DNA of 64,000 nt, from assembly GCA_023515795.1 (NCBI GenBank), contig JALGPX010000040.1:1-64000 (forward strand), written 5' to 3'. The notes beneath the pieces were generated by a model that searched no databases, was not told the DNA's origin, and saw nothing but the letters and a program-made list of their open reading frames with translations. This DNA is from Amoeboaphelidium occidentale (taxonomy: Eukaryota). Shown piece after piece: positions 20,871-33,026 of this stretch. Each line of letters begins with the position of its first letter. The first letter of the stretch is position 1. Both the position numbers and the translations under genes were made by a program.

Positions 20871-21237
20871 ACATGGACACAGAAATAGAGCCCATAGATG
20901 CTTCCTCACGAATAGGCGTTAAATTCCTATTACAGTCATCCTCGTGCGCAAGATAACATAGGCAAAGTTGCCGGATTTGCATGAAAGAGATTTTTAAATG
21001 CATTGTTTGAAGTTTGAAGGTCGATCCATTTACTGCTGCAACTATTGTTCGCAAAAGCATCCAAATTACCTCTATGAAAATTCCTAAAAGTCCATTATGA
21101 GCTCCAATAGTTTATATAACAACATCATTTTGTCCATCCGCGCGTATGTAGAGTCTTGCTACTCTCAAATTCAATCCTACTTTGTTTTTCCGTTCTTGAA
21201 AACCACATTCGCTTTCGAGAGAGACTGGATCATTGAA

Positions 21238-24200
21238 ATGGGATCGAATTGGAAAGCAGAACGACCGTTCTTTGCGTCGAATGACACTAGCAGAATTTGT
21301 CCGGTAGTGGCAGTGCATTTTGACCCAATTCATGAGTTACTTTGGGCTTCAACAGACGAAAGAGTTTCTTCATTCAGTCTGGGTAGTACGAATTCGCCTT
21401 ACACTGAGGTCTTCACGCGATTTAAAGCACGCAATGCTTTGTGGGATCCTATAAGTAACTCTGTCGATACGGTTCAACAAATGTTCGTTCATGATTTGGG
21501 GGTTTACGTTCTATCAAAAGAGATGATATCTCTGCATAGTAGAGAAGGCATGACGCTATGGAAGGCAAGTTCTTCCGTTATTGGGAGTTCTTTCGAATCT
21601 TTCTGTCCTGCATTTGGTTCGTCTGAAATCGTGGCGTCTTCTGCGTCTTCTGCTTCACTCTACTTGCTTCAACGTGGAATAGTAATAAGGAAAATTGATG
21701 CTGAGGATAAAGTACTCTGCCTCACAAGGAACAAACTGTTGGCCTGTGGAACTGCTTCCGGTGCGGTAATTTTGAAAGATACATCATCTTTGAGGACGCA
21801 GCATTGTATCAAGTCTCATGCTGGGTCAATTTGTGATATAGACTGGGCAGAGAATTATGTGTCTGTTTGTGCCAATGTACCCGGTGGTCGATTCTACTAC
21901 GATCAGATTGTTAACGTTTATGATGCAAGAAGGACTGATGTTCCTGTTCGGAGTATTCCAGTTCCATCAGGTGCAAAACTTGCTCGTTTCCATCCACTAG
22001 ATGCACGAAAGATATTGATCTGCTCCATGTATGGGAACGTTATGGAATACAACATTACGAAGTCAACTTATGCGTCGTTTGATGCTATTAAGCTGGGAAG
22101 CATGGTCAATTCTTTTGCCATTTCTTCCTCTGGCAACAAAATGGCTATTGGAGATTCTACTGGTCTTGTTAATATTAACAGTTGCGGCGGCGCTCCTACA
22201 ATTAATTTCCACTCGCAGCCTATATCGAAAGCCTCTCCAGTTTACTCTGCAGCTTTGAATGAAAATGAACCTTTAAGTTCTATCGGAATGCCATATTACA
22301 ACGCCAAGTTGCTCTCTGCTCAATGGTTTGGGAAGCAGACACATTGTCCTGGAAATTACTCCAATTCAATACCAGTGGAAATTCTGGATCAAGTTAGATA
22401 CACAGATTACGTTGGATTCGCACCAAACTTACTCAAGGGAAAACGATTCCGTAATCAAGCTGAAGACTTGCCTCTGAAGAATGGCGAAGTTGATGAGACA
22501 AAGTTTCGCAGCAACATCGAAAGAGACTTCGCTGGAAAATTACGTTTAGACAACGAGGGTCCTAGAAATAGCAATGATTCACTAATAACTCAATACCCTA
22601 CTCACTATCACTACCAAAAGATACATTACAGCAAGTTCGGAGTAGAAGATTTTGATTTTAGTCAGTTTAATTCAACAGAGTACTCAGGTTTGGAAAATAA
22701 TATTAAAAACAGCTACTGTAATGCATTACTCCAAACTTATATCCACGGCTTTAAAGAAGGAGCTCTGAAAAGCTTGGCTTTTTGTCATCTAAAAAGTCTT
22801 GATGCAGGATCTTTCTGCAAGAAAGAATTTTGCTTACTATGCGAGTTTGGGTTTCTATGCAGAATGGTTGAAGACAGTAAAGGCTCGAACTGCCAGGCAA
22901 CTAATTTCTTCCGCGCATTGAATAACACAAGACAAGTATTCGCACTTGGGCTGCTTGAACCTACTGTCATAACACCGACTACAAGTCTGAACTTGCTTGT
23001 CCAAAACATGGATCGTTTCCTACTCGACTCATTCAATACAGAGTTTGGCAAAGATTCTAAGGCAAAAGACAGCAACACATTCCAAAATCTTTGTGGTTTA
23101 AAGGCTTTAACGGTTACTACTTGTTTAACATGTAAATTATCTGCTACGAAATCGCACGACACTTTTTCTATTGACTTTCACTACAAAACACTCGCTGAAG
23201 GAAAAAAGGCTCCGAAATCATTCTTGGATTTGGTCAGACACTCGCTGCGTAAAGAAATCACTACTAAAGCTTGGTGCGATAACTGCAAAAAGTATAGCGT
23301 TTCATTTCAAGAAAAATACTTTGAAAAGAACCCTGATGTTTTGAATTTCCATTTTGGTGGATTAGATGAAGATGAATTAGGATTCTGGGAAAATCTTGAC
23401 TCTCAGTTTGCGTTCGATTCAAAACCTCCGTTCAGAACATTTATTCCACCAACTTTAAGTTTTCGCAAGAATAATGGCATTACTGAAGTTTGTACTGAGC
23501 AGGATAATGAATGTGAAATGTATGAAGTATCTGCTTTTATTTGTCAAGTTCAAAGCGGCTCGGAAAGAACCCATTTAGTGTCATTCTCGAAAAACAAAGC
23601 TGGCGAATGGATATTATTCAATGATTTCCTTGTCCAGAAGGTCATTCTAGACGAAGTTCTACAGCTGAAAACCAAATGGAAAATCCCTTCTATTATTCAG
23701 TATCAGAAAGTTGCATCGACTACTTCCTGTTCCCCAAATGAAGCTGGGTCTTTAGTTACACACCTGACTCCTCAGACATTTCAAAGTGTATTTAGATCCG
23801 AAAAACGAACCAGAAATATTGATCCTATAAGGTTTGAAGAACTGCAGACGGTTGATCCCTCTTCGTTTCTGATAGGAATTGATGCAGAATTCGTTTTGAT
23901 TAGCAAAGACGAAACTGAGGCAAAATCTGATGGTACCAAAGTGATTGTCCGTCCTGGAAGTATGAGTTTAGCACGTATTAGTTTAGTGAGGGAAGATGGT
24001 TCTCCATTTGTCGATGATTACATTACTACTTCCGAATCTGTTCTAGACTATTTAACCGAATACTCTGGAATAAGACCGAAGGATCTTGATGTAACACAGT
24101 CACCACACAATGTCATCCCTTTGAAAGATGCTTACAGGAAGCTCAGATTGCTGGTCGATATGGGATTTGTATTCGTTGGGCACGGTTTGAGAAAGGATTT

Positions 24201-24646
24201 CAGAACCATCAATATTTTCGTTCCACGAGATCAAGTTGTAGACACTGTGGATATTTACCGCCAGAAAGGAAAGAGAAACATTTCTTTGAGGTTTCTTGCA
24301 TGGTATGTATTAGGAGAAGATATTCAATCCGATACGCACGACAGTATTGTAGACGCCAAAACAGTAAGTTAATCAGCTTTTTACCATTATTGATATATAG
24401 GCCGTGAAACTTTACAAAAAATTCTTGGAGCTGGAAAAGCAAAACATGTTTCAAGACTACTTGCAGGAAATTTATGATCACGGCAGAAACTTGCGCTGGA
24501 GGGCACCTCACTGGGAGGACCCTAAAGATCAAGATTCTCCTTTAATCGCTGCGAATGTAACACCACGAAAGGGCAGATCAACCAGAAAACAGTTTGGGTC
24601 GCCGTATCGGAGTGAGACACCTGAAACGAACCGCAGCGACTTCTGA
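21238..24646 (+). CDS. PAN2: PAN2 poly(A)-specific ribonuclease (WD40 + pseudo-UCH + DEDDh nuclease), 2 exons
   Basis: YSKFGVEDFDF..FN.T.YSGLE, GIDAEFV, DYLTEYSGI, GHGLRKDF.TINI, SLRFLAW, THDSIVDAKT. Intron 24364-24400. The start could be 21097 or 21238. Confidence 0.95.
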
Positions 24647-24726
24647 GCTTGATCTCAAAACACTGTTTCTTCCAAAAAACAGCAACCAAAAGGTGTCTAT
24701 AATAAATCAACATCTCACGCTGTCAA

Positions 24727-26137
24727 ATGGCCGGTAATTTTCCTTTGCCCTTCTGTACTTAAACATTAGATACTGAAAATAACACTCCAAACGTAACTGC
24801 TCAAGTGGCAAGCCAACTGATTGTCCCAATTTAGGCAGCAGCAGCAGCTGTAAAGAAGAAGCTGAACTCCTACGTTGGATTCGCAAACTTGCCAAACCAA
24901 ATCCACAGAAAGTCTGTTAAGAAGGGTTTCTATTTCACTTTGATGGCCGTCGGTATGGTTTCTGTTTGAGGCGATTTCTAATTGCGCACAGGCGAATCTG
25001 GTTTGGGCAAATCGACTCTGCTAAACACACTTTTCAATACTGAATTGTATCCGAATAAGGAAGCGAAGGAGTTATCAGGTGAAACACCAAAGACTGTTGG
25101 GATCCAATCGACCACAGCAGAGTTGGAAGAGAATGGAATTCGCTTGAGATTGTCCGTAATTGATACGCCTGGCTTTGGTGATTATATCAACAATCAAGAA
25201 TGGTAATGCTTTCATTTGGTTTAGATGTAGTTTATTGTGTAGCTGGAAGCCCATCCTGGAGAACATCGAAGCTCGTTTCGATTCATACTTGGAGCAAGAG
25301 AACAGAGTCAATCGCAAGAAGATTGTAGATAATCGCATTCATGCTTGCTTATACTTCATTGCTCCAACAGGGCACGGCTTGAAACCTTTGGATATCGAGT
25401 TCATGCAGCAGTTGCACTCAAAAGTCAATTTGATTCCTGTTATTTCCAAGGCTGATACTTTGACTGACGAAGAGATCAAGGAGTTCAAGCTTAGAATCTT
25501 GGAAGATATTGCTGCTAATGGTATTCAGATTTTTAGGCCGACCTTATCTGAATTCGATGATGATGAAACATTGGCTGAAACAAAGGAAATCATTTCTCGT
25601 ATTCCTTTTGCTGTTGTTGGAAGCACAAAGGAAGTTGATTTGGGTAACGGTAAGAAAGTCAGAGGTAGAAAGTATCCTTGGGGAGTCATTGAAGTCGATA
25701 ATGAAGACCACAATGACTTCATTAAGTTAAGGCAGATGCTTATCCGTACCCACATGGAAGAATTGAAGGAAGTGACATCTTCTATTCTATATGAGAATTA
25801 TCGTTCTCAGAAACTTTCTTCTGGAAATTATAGCGTTGACGCTAACGGAGAAGTTAATCCATTGCTAAAGTTTGAAGAAGAGAGAGCTGCGCATGAAGCT
25901 AAGATGGCCAAATTGGAAAGCGAGATGAAGCAAGTGTTTGAAATGAAGGTTGCGGAGAAGGAGCAGAAGATGAGACAGAATGAGGAAGAGTTGTACGCTA
26001 AGCATAGAGAGTCCCGCGAAGCTTTAGAAAAGAAGCGCCTCGAATTGGAAGAAAAGAAAAGACATTTGGAGCAGAAAGGTGGAATTCCGATTGATCAAAA
26101 GAATAAGCCAAAGAAAATGGGACTATTTTCCAAATGA
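24727..26137 (+). CDS. CDC3: Septin, Cdc3/AspB group (spliced, 4 introns)
   Basis: [56 protein letters not shown]...LYENYR and a Cdc3-type C-terminal coiled coil ([19 protein letters not shown]). Confidence 0.9.
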
Positions 26138-26166
26138 GATTTTTAATGTTGTCGTGAATATAACGG

Positions 26167-29100
26167 TTATTTTATTTTGCTCGTTGAAGCCTTTGGAATG
26201 TTGCCTTTTCGTAATGATTCTAGCAGATTGTCCATGACGCCCTTCTGGTCTCCTGCTTCTAGAAAAATCAGTACATAAACATGAAATCTTACCTTCTCTT
26301 AGATCAGGAATCTTGTTTTGCATCGAAGAAGCCTCAGATGCCGCAGGAGATGGAGTCCTTGTATTGAGCACAGATGAAGTCAAAACAGAAGATGATGCTC
26401 TTGACATCATGGCTTCAGACGCTTTGAACACAGACCTAAAGGATATCAAAAAGCTACTGACATCGCCAAACCACGACTCAGAAGTAACGTCGTTAGGTTC
26501 GTCGCCATAATAAGTAACGACATCCTCAAACATTGCCAGTATTTCCTGTAGATCACTGTTAGAATTGCTTATTCTCTTACTGATTTTCCTCAAGAACAAA
26601 GATGAAATATCTTCTACGTGTTGATTCTTGACATGTCTGCATAAGTTTGTGTACTTTGACTGGATCTGAGAGAAGAATGTTTTCAAATGTTCCAGAGATA
26701 TTTTGGAAGCTCGAGCAATAGATTCCAAATCATCGAAAATAGAGAGAACTTCCGGAAATTTTGAGTTCACAATCCGAGCCAAGTAGTTCAAGAAGGACTC
26801 TCCTGTTTCTGATTTGGTTTCAATTAAATTATTAAGACTGCCAAGTTTTAATCCAAAAGCTCCGCTGCGGAATCCTTGAGAATTCATCACATTACTGAAA
26901 GATAGAATTATGCGGATAAGAGTCTTGAAAGCTTTAGATGTCTTTATACTTGAAGTGGCTTCTTTGATTGTCATCAAACTTGCCTCGAAATCTCCAAAAT
27001 GATCCTCAAATTCATACTTAAAACTCAGATATTTCAGCTTATAGCCAGAACGGTCGACTCTTATCAACATTAGCAAAAATCTATCAGCACCTGACAAGTT
27101 AGGCGGTTCGTCTTCTAGGAACGGTGTAAGAGCGGCAACTTCTTCAGATGTCGGTAGGTAATTACAGAGCTGCGACACTAAAGATTGATTGAGTATGCTT
27201 TCATCGTAGAGTTGGAAAGCCATCTCGAATTCTTTTAGAGTCACTTTAACTCTTCCAAGCAGGATCTTGATATTATAAGACTTCTTTGAGCTTATCACTG
27301 AAAATTCCTCAAGAAGCTCCTTCTTACTCTTAGTTTCCTTGACAGAACAAACTTTTGGTTGATTTGAAGTAAAGGAGAAAGCATTCTCAAGCTCATTCCA
27401 CGATACTGATTTTTTGAGTTTCTCTTCCAACTCCAAAGCCTCGTCATAATCTGCCCATAATGTAGAATTAATTTTATGGTCTGGAATCTTTTCAATCTTC
27501 AGTGGTTTCAATTTAGCTTTGCTTTTAAATATAGGTGATTTTGCTTTCCGTGTCATCATCTGTGGGGCCCCAGGCGGAGGTGGAGGCGGCGGAGGAGCAA
27601 AAGACAAATCTGGAAGGGAAGCTGTAATCTGATTCTTTTCAATTTCGGAGATGGATTCTTGAAATTCAGGTGTTACTTCATTTAGAACAGTGGTAGTGGA
27701 TTCTTTTTCAGTTGCAAAGAAAGTGTCTTCTTTTGAAACCGCAGGTAATCGATTGTCCTTAATGTATTCGATGATGCATTTTAGCTTGACTATTTCTTCT
27801 TGAAGCTTAACAACTGTTGCAGTCTTCACATCAACTGTAGCCGTACATTCACGATTTTTAAGTTCTTGCATCAAAGCAGCCTTTTCATCTTTCAGCTTTT
27901 CAACGGATTTAGCAAGCAAACGATTCTCTTGTCGAAGTTCCAGCAAATCATCTGCAGATACGAAATTGTCGATTATCGACTTAAGGTTAATAGGATATAT
28001 AGTTGAAAAGTCAGGATCCATGCCCTTACCGTCTAGTACTATTTGGCTAACTACTTCATCAATAAGCTGTAAGTAGGAGTTTCGTACAACTACATCTTGT
28101 CTTATTAGTAACAAATGCCTCAGTATTGATGTGAAAGAGTATAGACCTCTGGTCCCTTCAATTTGCCTTACGAAATTTCTTGTAATAACATTAGGATCTG
28201 ACTCTTCATTTGAAATGTTTTGAAATGCTTCCAGCATCGTCTGCCAATCTTTGCTGCTGTCACTATCATATTTCGCTATCTGCCTCTTCAAATATTCATT
28301 TGAAAAAGAAGCTTCATGCAGTTTCTCTTTTATGAAGCCAAATCCCACAAGCTGAAACATGTTTCTAACATGGATTCTCATTTCATAATGGGAAGGGATA
28401 GAGATCAAAGCGTTAATAAGAATGATGTTCGACAGCAAGAAATCTGAGATATCACGATCGGTTACTTTGCTGTTCCCTATCCAGCCAACACCAGCTATTA
28501 TCCCTCCATCATTCTTGTCTTTCTTTTCTAGCACCCAACGCAATTTGTTCATCCATTCCTCGAAAACTCGAGAGTTCAGCTGCAATGTATCACTTTGAGC
28601 AGCAGAAGTTAGAGCTAATTTCCTGAAAGCGGACATAACGTGCTCCCATCCAGTTGGCGTATTTGTGTAACAGATAACAGTAAGAAGTTCTACAACCATC
28701 TTCCTAACAAAGAAATTCTCACTCAAGATAGACTGAGTTATAATCTCTATAGAACGAGGAGCTTTAAGAAACATGTCCAACAAGCCATACTTGTTATTCA
28801 TGAGGCTTTTCAAGCATCGAACGACACCTTGTTCAGTTTGCAATTCCGTGTCTTTCTTCTGAGTTGCATTGTGAACGTGTGACAGAAGATCCAGTAAAGC
28901 ATCAACACCATTCTGATGTATAAACGTTTGAACCCAATCTATAGACTCTGTTTGCAAGCTTACTCTCAAACTGTTTAACAGTTTCACAAGATCCGTCCTG
29001 TTTCCATTGATGGTGCCTCCACTATTGAGAAACGAAGCATTCAGACCCAAATTCTTGAATGCTGCTTTTACAGTTCCAACCCCATGGCCAGTGGTGACCG

Positions 29101-29614
29101 GCATAGGCAGTGCATCATTCAAATTATACAAATATGACCGTATGGAATCTATAAAGTACAGAGGCGATCGAGATTGCTTTGATCTGACTGCTTTTTTGCC
29201 TTGCTCCTTTGTGACATGTTGATGAACCATCAAGAACTTATTCTCCTTTGGCATCCTTCGAATCGCATCCCGCTTTTCCTCATCCAAGCCCATCTTATCC
29301 ATCATCTCTTCCAACATTGCAGCAATATCCTCATCCTTCATCATATCAGCTGATGGGTTGCCCTTCTGAGGAGATGCACTCCCAAAAGATCTTTCACTAA
29401 TTAAATCGCTTAGTTTTGACGACTGTGAAGAGTTCCGGTGCCTGTCCTCGAAAGCTGGCGGTATTAACATCGATGAACCGGTTGATGTGAACACTGGCAC
29501 AGGTTTCCTTTTCACTTTAGTAGGAGATACATTCGTAGTAGGTGATGAATTCGCTCTACCATCGATTCCAGCCAGAGAATCCAGCCGTTTCAATGAGCCA
29601 GGCTGTCTAATCAT
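26167..29614 (-). CDS. Diaphanous-related formin (GBD/FH3-FH1-FH2-DAD), 2 exons
   Basis: GBD/FH3 (LRVSLQTESIDWVQTF, CLKSLMNNKYG), poly-Pro FH1 and FH2 (GAFGLKLGSL..L.ETKS). Intron 26292-26259 reveals the DAD motif GVMDNLLESLRKG; TAA at 26169-26167. Confidence 0.92.
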
Positions 29615-29740
29615 CAGTTGAATGGATCAAATTCCAAAAGTTGAAACAACAGCTTTTCCGATACAACGACGCTCGCTTTCAATGCCCTTTTGCTTCGTGA
29701 CGTCGACAGATAATTCTATTAGACGTATTTATTTAAATAA

Positions 29741-30727
29741 TTAAACCTTTTGCTTCTTTTCAGGGTTCTCTTCGGTAGCTACTTCCGACGCTGGTCGTTT
29801 AACAGGGTCTATCTTGATTGCTTCAGCGTTCTTGACTTCAGACATAAAATCCCTCTGTACCAAGCAATCTTTGAAGTAATTAAAGTCTGTCAACTTTTCA
29901 ATTTCAACTACACCATAACTGTCATTACTCTCATTGGTAACAGAGAAAGGTCCTTGCTTCACACGTTCCAAAGAGGACATGAACGCGCAAGATCCAACAG
30001 CCAGGCCAATATCATTAACGATGGATCGAATGTAAGTCCCGCCTGAACAGCTTACTCTTATTTTAAAGAACTTTTCGCCATTCTCGTTTGTACCAAACTG
30101 TAATAGTTCATGCTCATAAATTTCAACTTTGCGAAGTTTATCCGCAGACATTTCAACAGTTGTTCCGTCTTTCTTTGCTTTCCTGGCAATATCGTACATG
30201 CGTTCACCATTGACTTTGAGGGCTGAATACACAGGAGGCATCTGTTCAATAATGCCTGTGAATTTCGACTTGATCGCTTCCTTGATCATATCTTCTGTAA
30301 CATGATCATATGCCTTCTCTTCTACAACATCGCCCAGAATATCATAAGAGTCTGTACTCTTTCCCAATACACCAACAGCGTCGTAAGTCTTGACACACGC
30401 GCCTGAAGTTAAAAAGTATTGTAATTGCTTAGTTCCTTTTCCAACACCAACTATTAGGACACCTGAAGCCAATGGGTCCAAAGTACCACCATGCCCAATT
30501 TTAACTTCCTTTGGATACTTTTGAAATTTGCGCTTCTTATCACTCTTTCTGATCTCTTCTTCCTTTTGGACAAACTCCGTAAAGGTGATATGTCGCGTTA
30601 TTTCTACTTTAGGCTTCTTCTGAAACATGACTAATAATTCTTTAATGTAATTCACAACATCGTTCGAAGTGCATCCACTGGGCTTACAGACAGCCAACAC
30701 GCCGTTCAGTTGAAGCAATTTTGACAT
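29741..30727 (-). CDS. PUS4: tRNA pseudouridine-55 synthase (TruB/Pus4)
   Basis: GVLAVCKPSGCTS, KIGHGGTLDPLASGVL, QMPPVYSALKVNGERMYDIAR and CSGGTYIRS. Confidence 0.93.
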   Translation of the reverse strand: MSKLLQLNGVLAVCKPSGCTSNDVVNYIKELLVMFQKKPKVEITRHITFTEFVQKEEEIRKSDKKRKFQKYPKEVKIGHGGTLDPLASGVLIVGVGKGTKQLQYFLTSGACVKTYDAVGVLGKSTDSYDILGDVVEEKAYDHVTEDMIKEAIKSKFTGIIEQMPPVYSALKVNGERMYDIARKAKKDGTTVEMSADKLRKVEIYEHELLQFGTNENGEKFFKIRVSCSGGTYIRSIVNDIGLAVGSCAFMSSLERVKQGPFSVTNESNDSYGVVEIEKLTDFNYFKDCLVQRDFMSEVKNAEAIKIDPVKRPASEVATEENPEKKQKV

Positions 30728-31066
30728 CGTTCTTTGATTCTTCCAAATCAGACTGCAAAATTCTTTAAGAATTCCCTGCCACCGTCTTTCTGTGGTGTAA
30801 AATGCTGAGGATTTCATGTTTTATGTAATTCTTAGCAGCAGGCGAAAAGCTTTCTGTAAATCAACCATCTGCGCATAGTAGTTCCGATCACAGAGCATTA
30901 CAAGCTCAATTCAGTAGATCGAAAGCCTCCAACCGCAGAAACAGTTTAAATGAACTCTTAGCCAGCGTTTCTATTTCTTTAACACCCTTCCGGTTCACCC
31001 GTTTGTGTGAATTACGGCGTCGTTAGCGATCGTCACACACGCGGATTTTATCCTGAAAGTGACGCA

Positions 31067-33025
31067 ATGGGATTCAACGAAACTCAACCGCTTCTGAAGG
31101 ACAAAAGAGGCCACTTTAGCGACCATCTTGAGCCAATTACTATCAAATTCCAGAATATCACATTTAGTGTTCAAAGCAAGGCTGATGTAGCAGAAGCTGG
31201 TGATATAGAGAGCGGTGAAGCTGCGAATACCTCAAAGAGATTATTCAAACAGAAAACCACAAAAACACGAACCATTTTGAATGGTGTCTCTGGTGAATTT
31301 AAATCAGGAAGGTTGACTGCTCTAATTGGGCCTTCCGGTTCTGGGAAATCCTCCTTGCTAAATGCTCTGATCGGCGAACTAAGCGGTGAAGCAAAGAATA
31401 CATTCAATGGGCAACTGCTGCTGAATGATCGTTTGTCCAAGCCTGATACTCTACGTCAGATGACGTCATACGTGTACCAGAATGACATTGTGTTGGATAC
31501 CATGACACCGCGTGAGGCAATCAGAATGTCTGCTACTTTGCGCTTACCTAAAACATTAAGCGATGCACAGAAGGAAGAACTCGTTGAAGAAGCTCTTGAT
31601 TTACTTGATTTGAGAAAAGCTGCTGATACTGTTATTGGAAATGCTTTGAAGGCCGGAATCTCAGGAGGTGAATTGAAAAGGACATGTGTTGCTATGGAGT
31701 TGATTACTAATCCCTCTGTCTTGTTTTTGGATGAAGCTACTACTGGCTTGGATGCTGGGGCTGCGTTTAAAGTTGTTGAGACTCTTAAGAAGATCGCATC
31801 TAGTGGCAGAACTGTTGTTTGCAGCATTCATCAACCTTCTGCTGAGTTGTTCAACTTGTTTGATGATGCATACGTTCTGGTTGATGGCAACTTGGTTTAC
31901 GGTGGCGCTGTTACTGATTTAATTCCATACTTTGCTAGTTTGGGTTATCAGTGTCCGACTTATTCCAATCCGGCTGATTACTTGTTTTTGTCTGTCTTGA
32001 CTGATAATTATAAGGGCTACGAGTCTTCATCAAAAGAAGTAGCTGCAGGCACTTTTGTTGAAAGAAGAAAGAAATTAATATCAGAATGGGAAAAGCACAC
32101 AAGTCAATCCAAAATGTCAGTCGATGAACTAAGAAAGAAGCAGTTGTTCACGCCTGCACAGGACCACATCAAATACAAGGCTGATTTCTTGACACAGTTT
32201 AGATTCCTGTTCTCAAGATCATTCAAGAATTTCTACAGAAATCCTATGCTTTTGCAAGTCAAAGTGTTTCAAGCTGCTTTTGTTATCCTTCTCATTGGTT
32301 CAATCTACGCCAACATTGATGATAGACCTCCAACTCAGCAGGTGTCTGACCGTGCTGGAGCGTTGTTCTTCTTTCCAACGAATCTCATCATGATGTATTC
32401 TTTTGGTGTCTTGAATGTTTTTGCTGTTGAGAAGTTGACGTTCTTCAGAGAATTCAGAAATGGTTACTATAATCTCGCTGCTTACTTTTTGAGTAAGACT
32501 CTGGTTGAGCTGCCATTCCAAATCTTGTTTCCATTGATGCAGAGTTTTGGAATGTACTTTTGGATTTTTGGTGTTCATTGGGACAAGTTTTGGGTATTCT
32601 CGCTATTCACTGTCTTGTTGGCAAATGTCGGTCAAGGTCTTGGTGTAGTGTGTGCTTGTGCATTTGATGATGTTCAAGTTGCATTGGCTGTTACTCCTGT
32701 TTTGTTCTTGCCATTCATGATTTTCGGAGGTTTCTTTGTTAGCAGTGACACCATTCCAGTTTACTTCTCCTGGCTAAAATGGCTGTCTCCGATTCACTAT
32801 GGATTTGCTGGAATGGCAAGAAATGAGTTCAGAGGCTGGAAGCCTGTTGTAAAGGAGGGAGAATTTTCTCTTGTTAACGACGAAGAAGGCGCTTTAGAGT
32901 TTTTGGGTTTGAAAGGATCAATGGGTTGGGAAGGAAATTTGTCGATTCTTGCTGGTCTATTTGCCGGATTATTGATACTTTCATACGTTCTTCTATGGTG
33001 GGGAACCAGAAAGATCAGGTCTTAA
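31067..33025 (+). CDS. ABCG (White-like) half transporter, NBD-TMD
   Basis: Walker A GPSGSGKS, signature ISGGE, Walker B FLDE and H-loop SIHQP, followed by an ABC2 membrane domain (F.RE..NG.Y...AYFL.K...ELP). First ATG at 31067. Confidence 0.93.
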   Translation: MGFNETQPLLKDKRGHFSDHLEPITIKFQNITFSVQSKADVAEAGDIESGEAANTSKRLFKQKTTKTRTILNGVSGEFKSGRLTALIGPSGSGKSSLLNALIGELSGEAKNTFNGQLLLNDRLSKPDTLRQMTSYVYQNDIVLDTMTPREAIRMSATLRLPKTLSDAQKEELVEEALDLLDLRKAADTVIGNALKAGISGGELKRTCVAMELITNPSVLFLDEATTGLDAGAAFKVVETLKKIASSGRTVVCSIHQPSAELFNLFDDAYVLVDGNLVYGGAVTDLIPYFASLGYQCPTYSNPADYLFLSVLTDNYKGYESSSKEVAAGTFVERRKKLISEWEKHTSQSKMSVDELRKKQLFTPAQDHIKYKADFLTQFRFLFSRSFKNFYRNPMLLQVKVFQAAFVILLIGSIYANIDDRPPTQQVSDRAGALFFFPTNLIMMYSFGVLNVFAVEKLTFFREFRNGYYNLAAYFLSKTLVELPFQILFPLMQSFGMYFWIFGVHWDKFWVFSLFTVLLANVGQGLGVVCACAFDDVQVALAVTPVLFLPFMIFGGFFVSSDTIPVYFSWLKWLSPIHYGFAGMARNEFRGWKPVVKEGEFSLVNDEEGALEFLGLKGSMGWEGNLSILAGLFAGLLILSYVLLWWGTRKIRS

Positions 33026-33026
33026 A

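Noticed and set aside
26123..26166. Coding overlap between formin and septin shown by the ORF track
   Set aside because: It results from reading through intron 26259-26292. The spliced formin ends at 26167 with a proper DAD.
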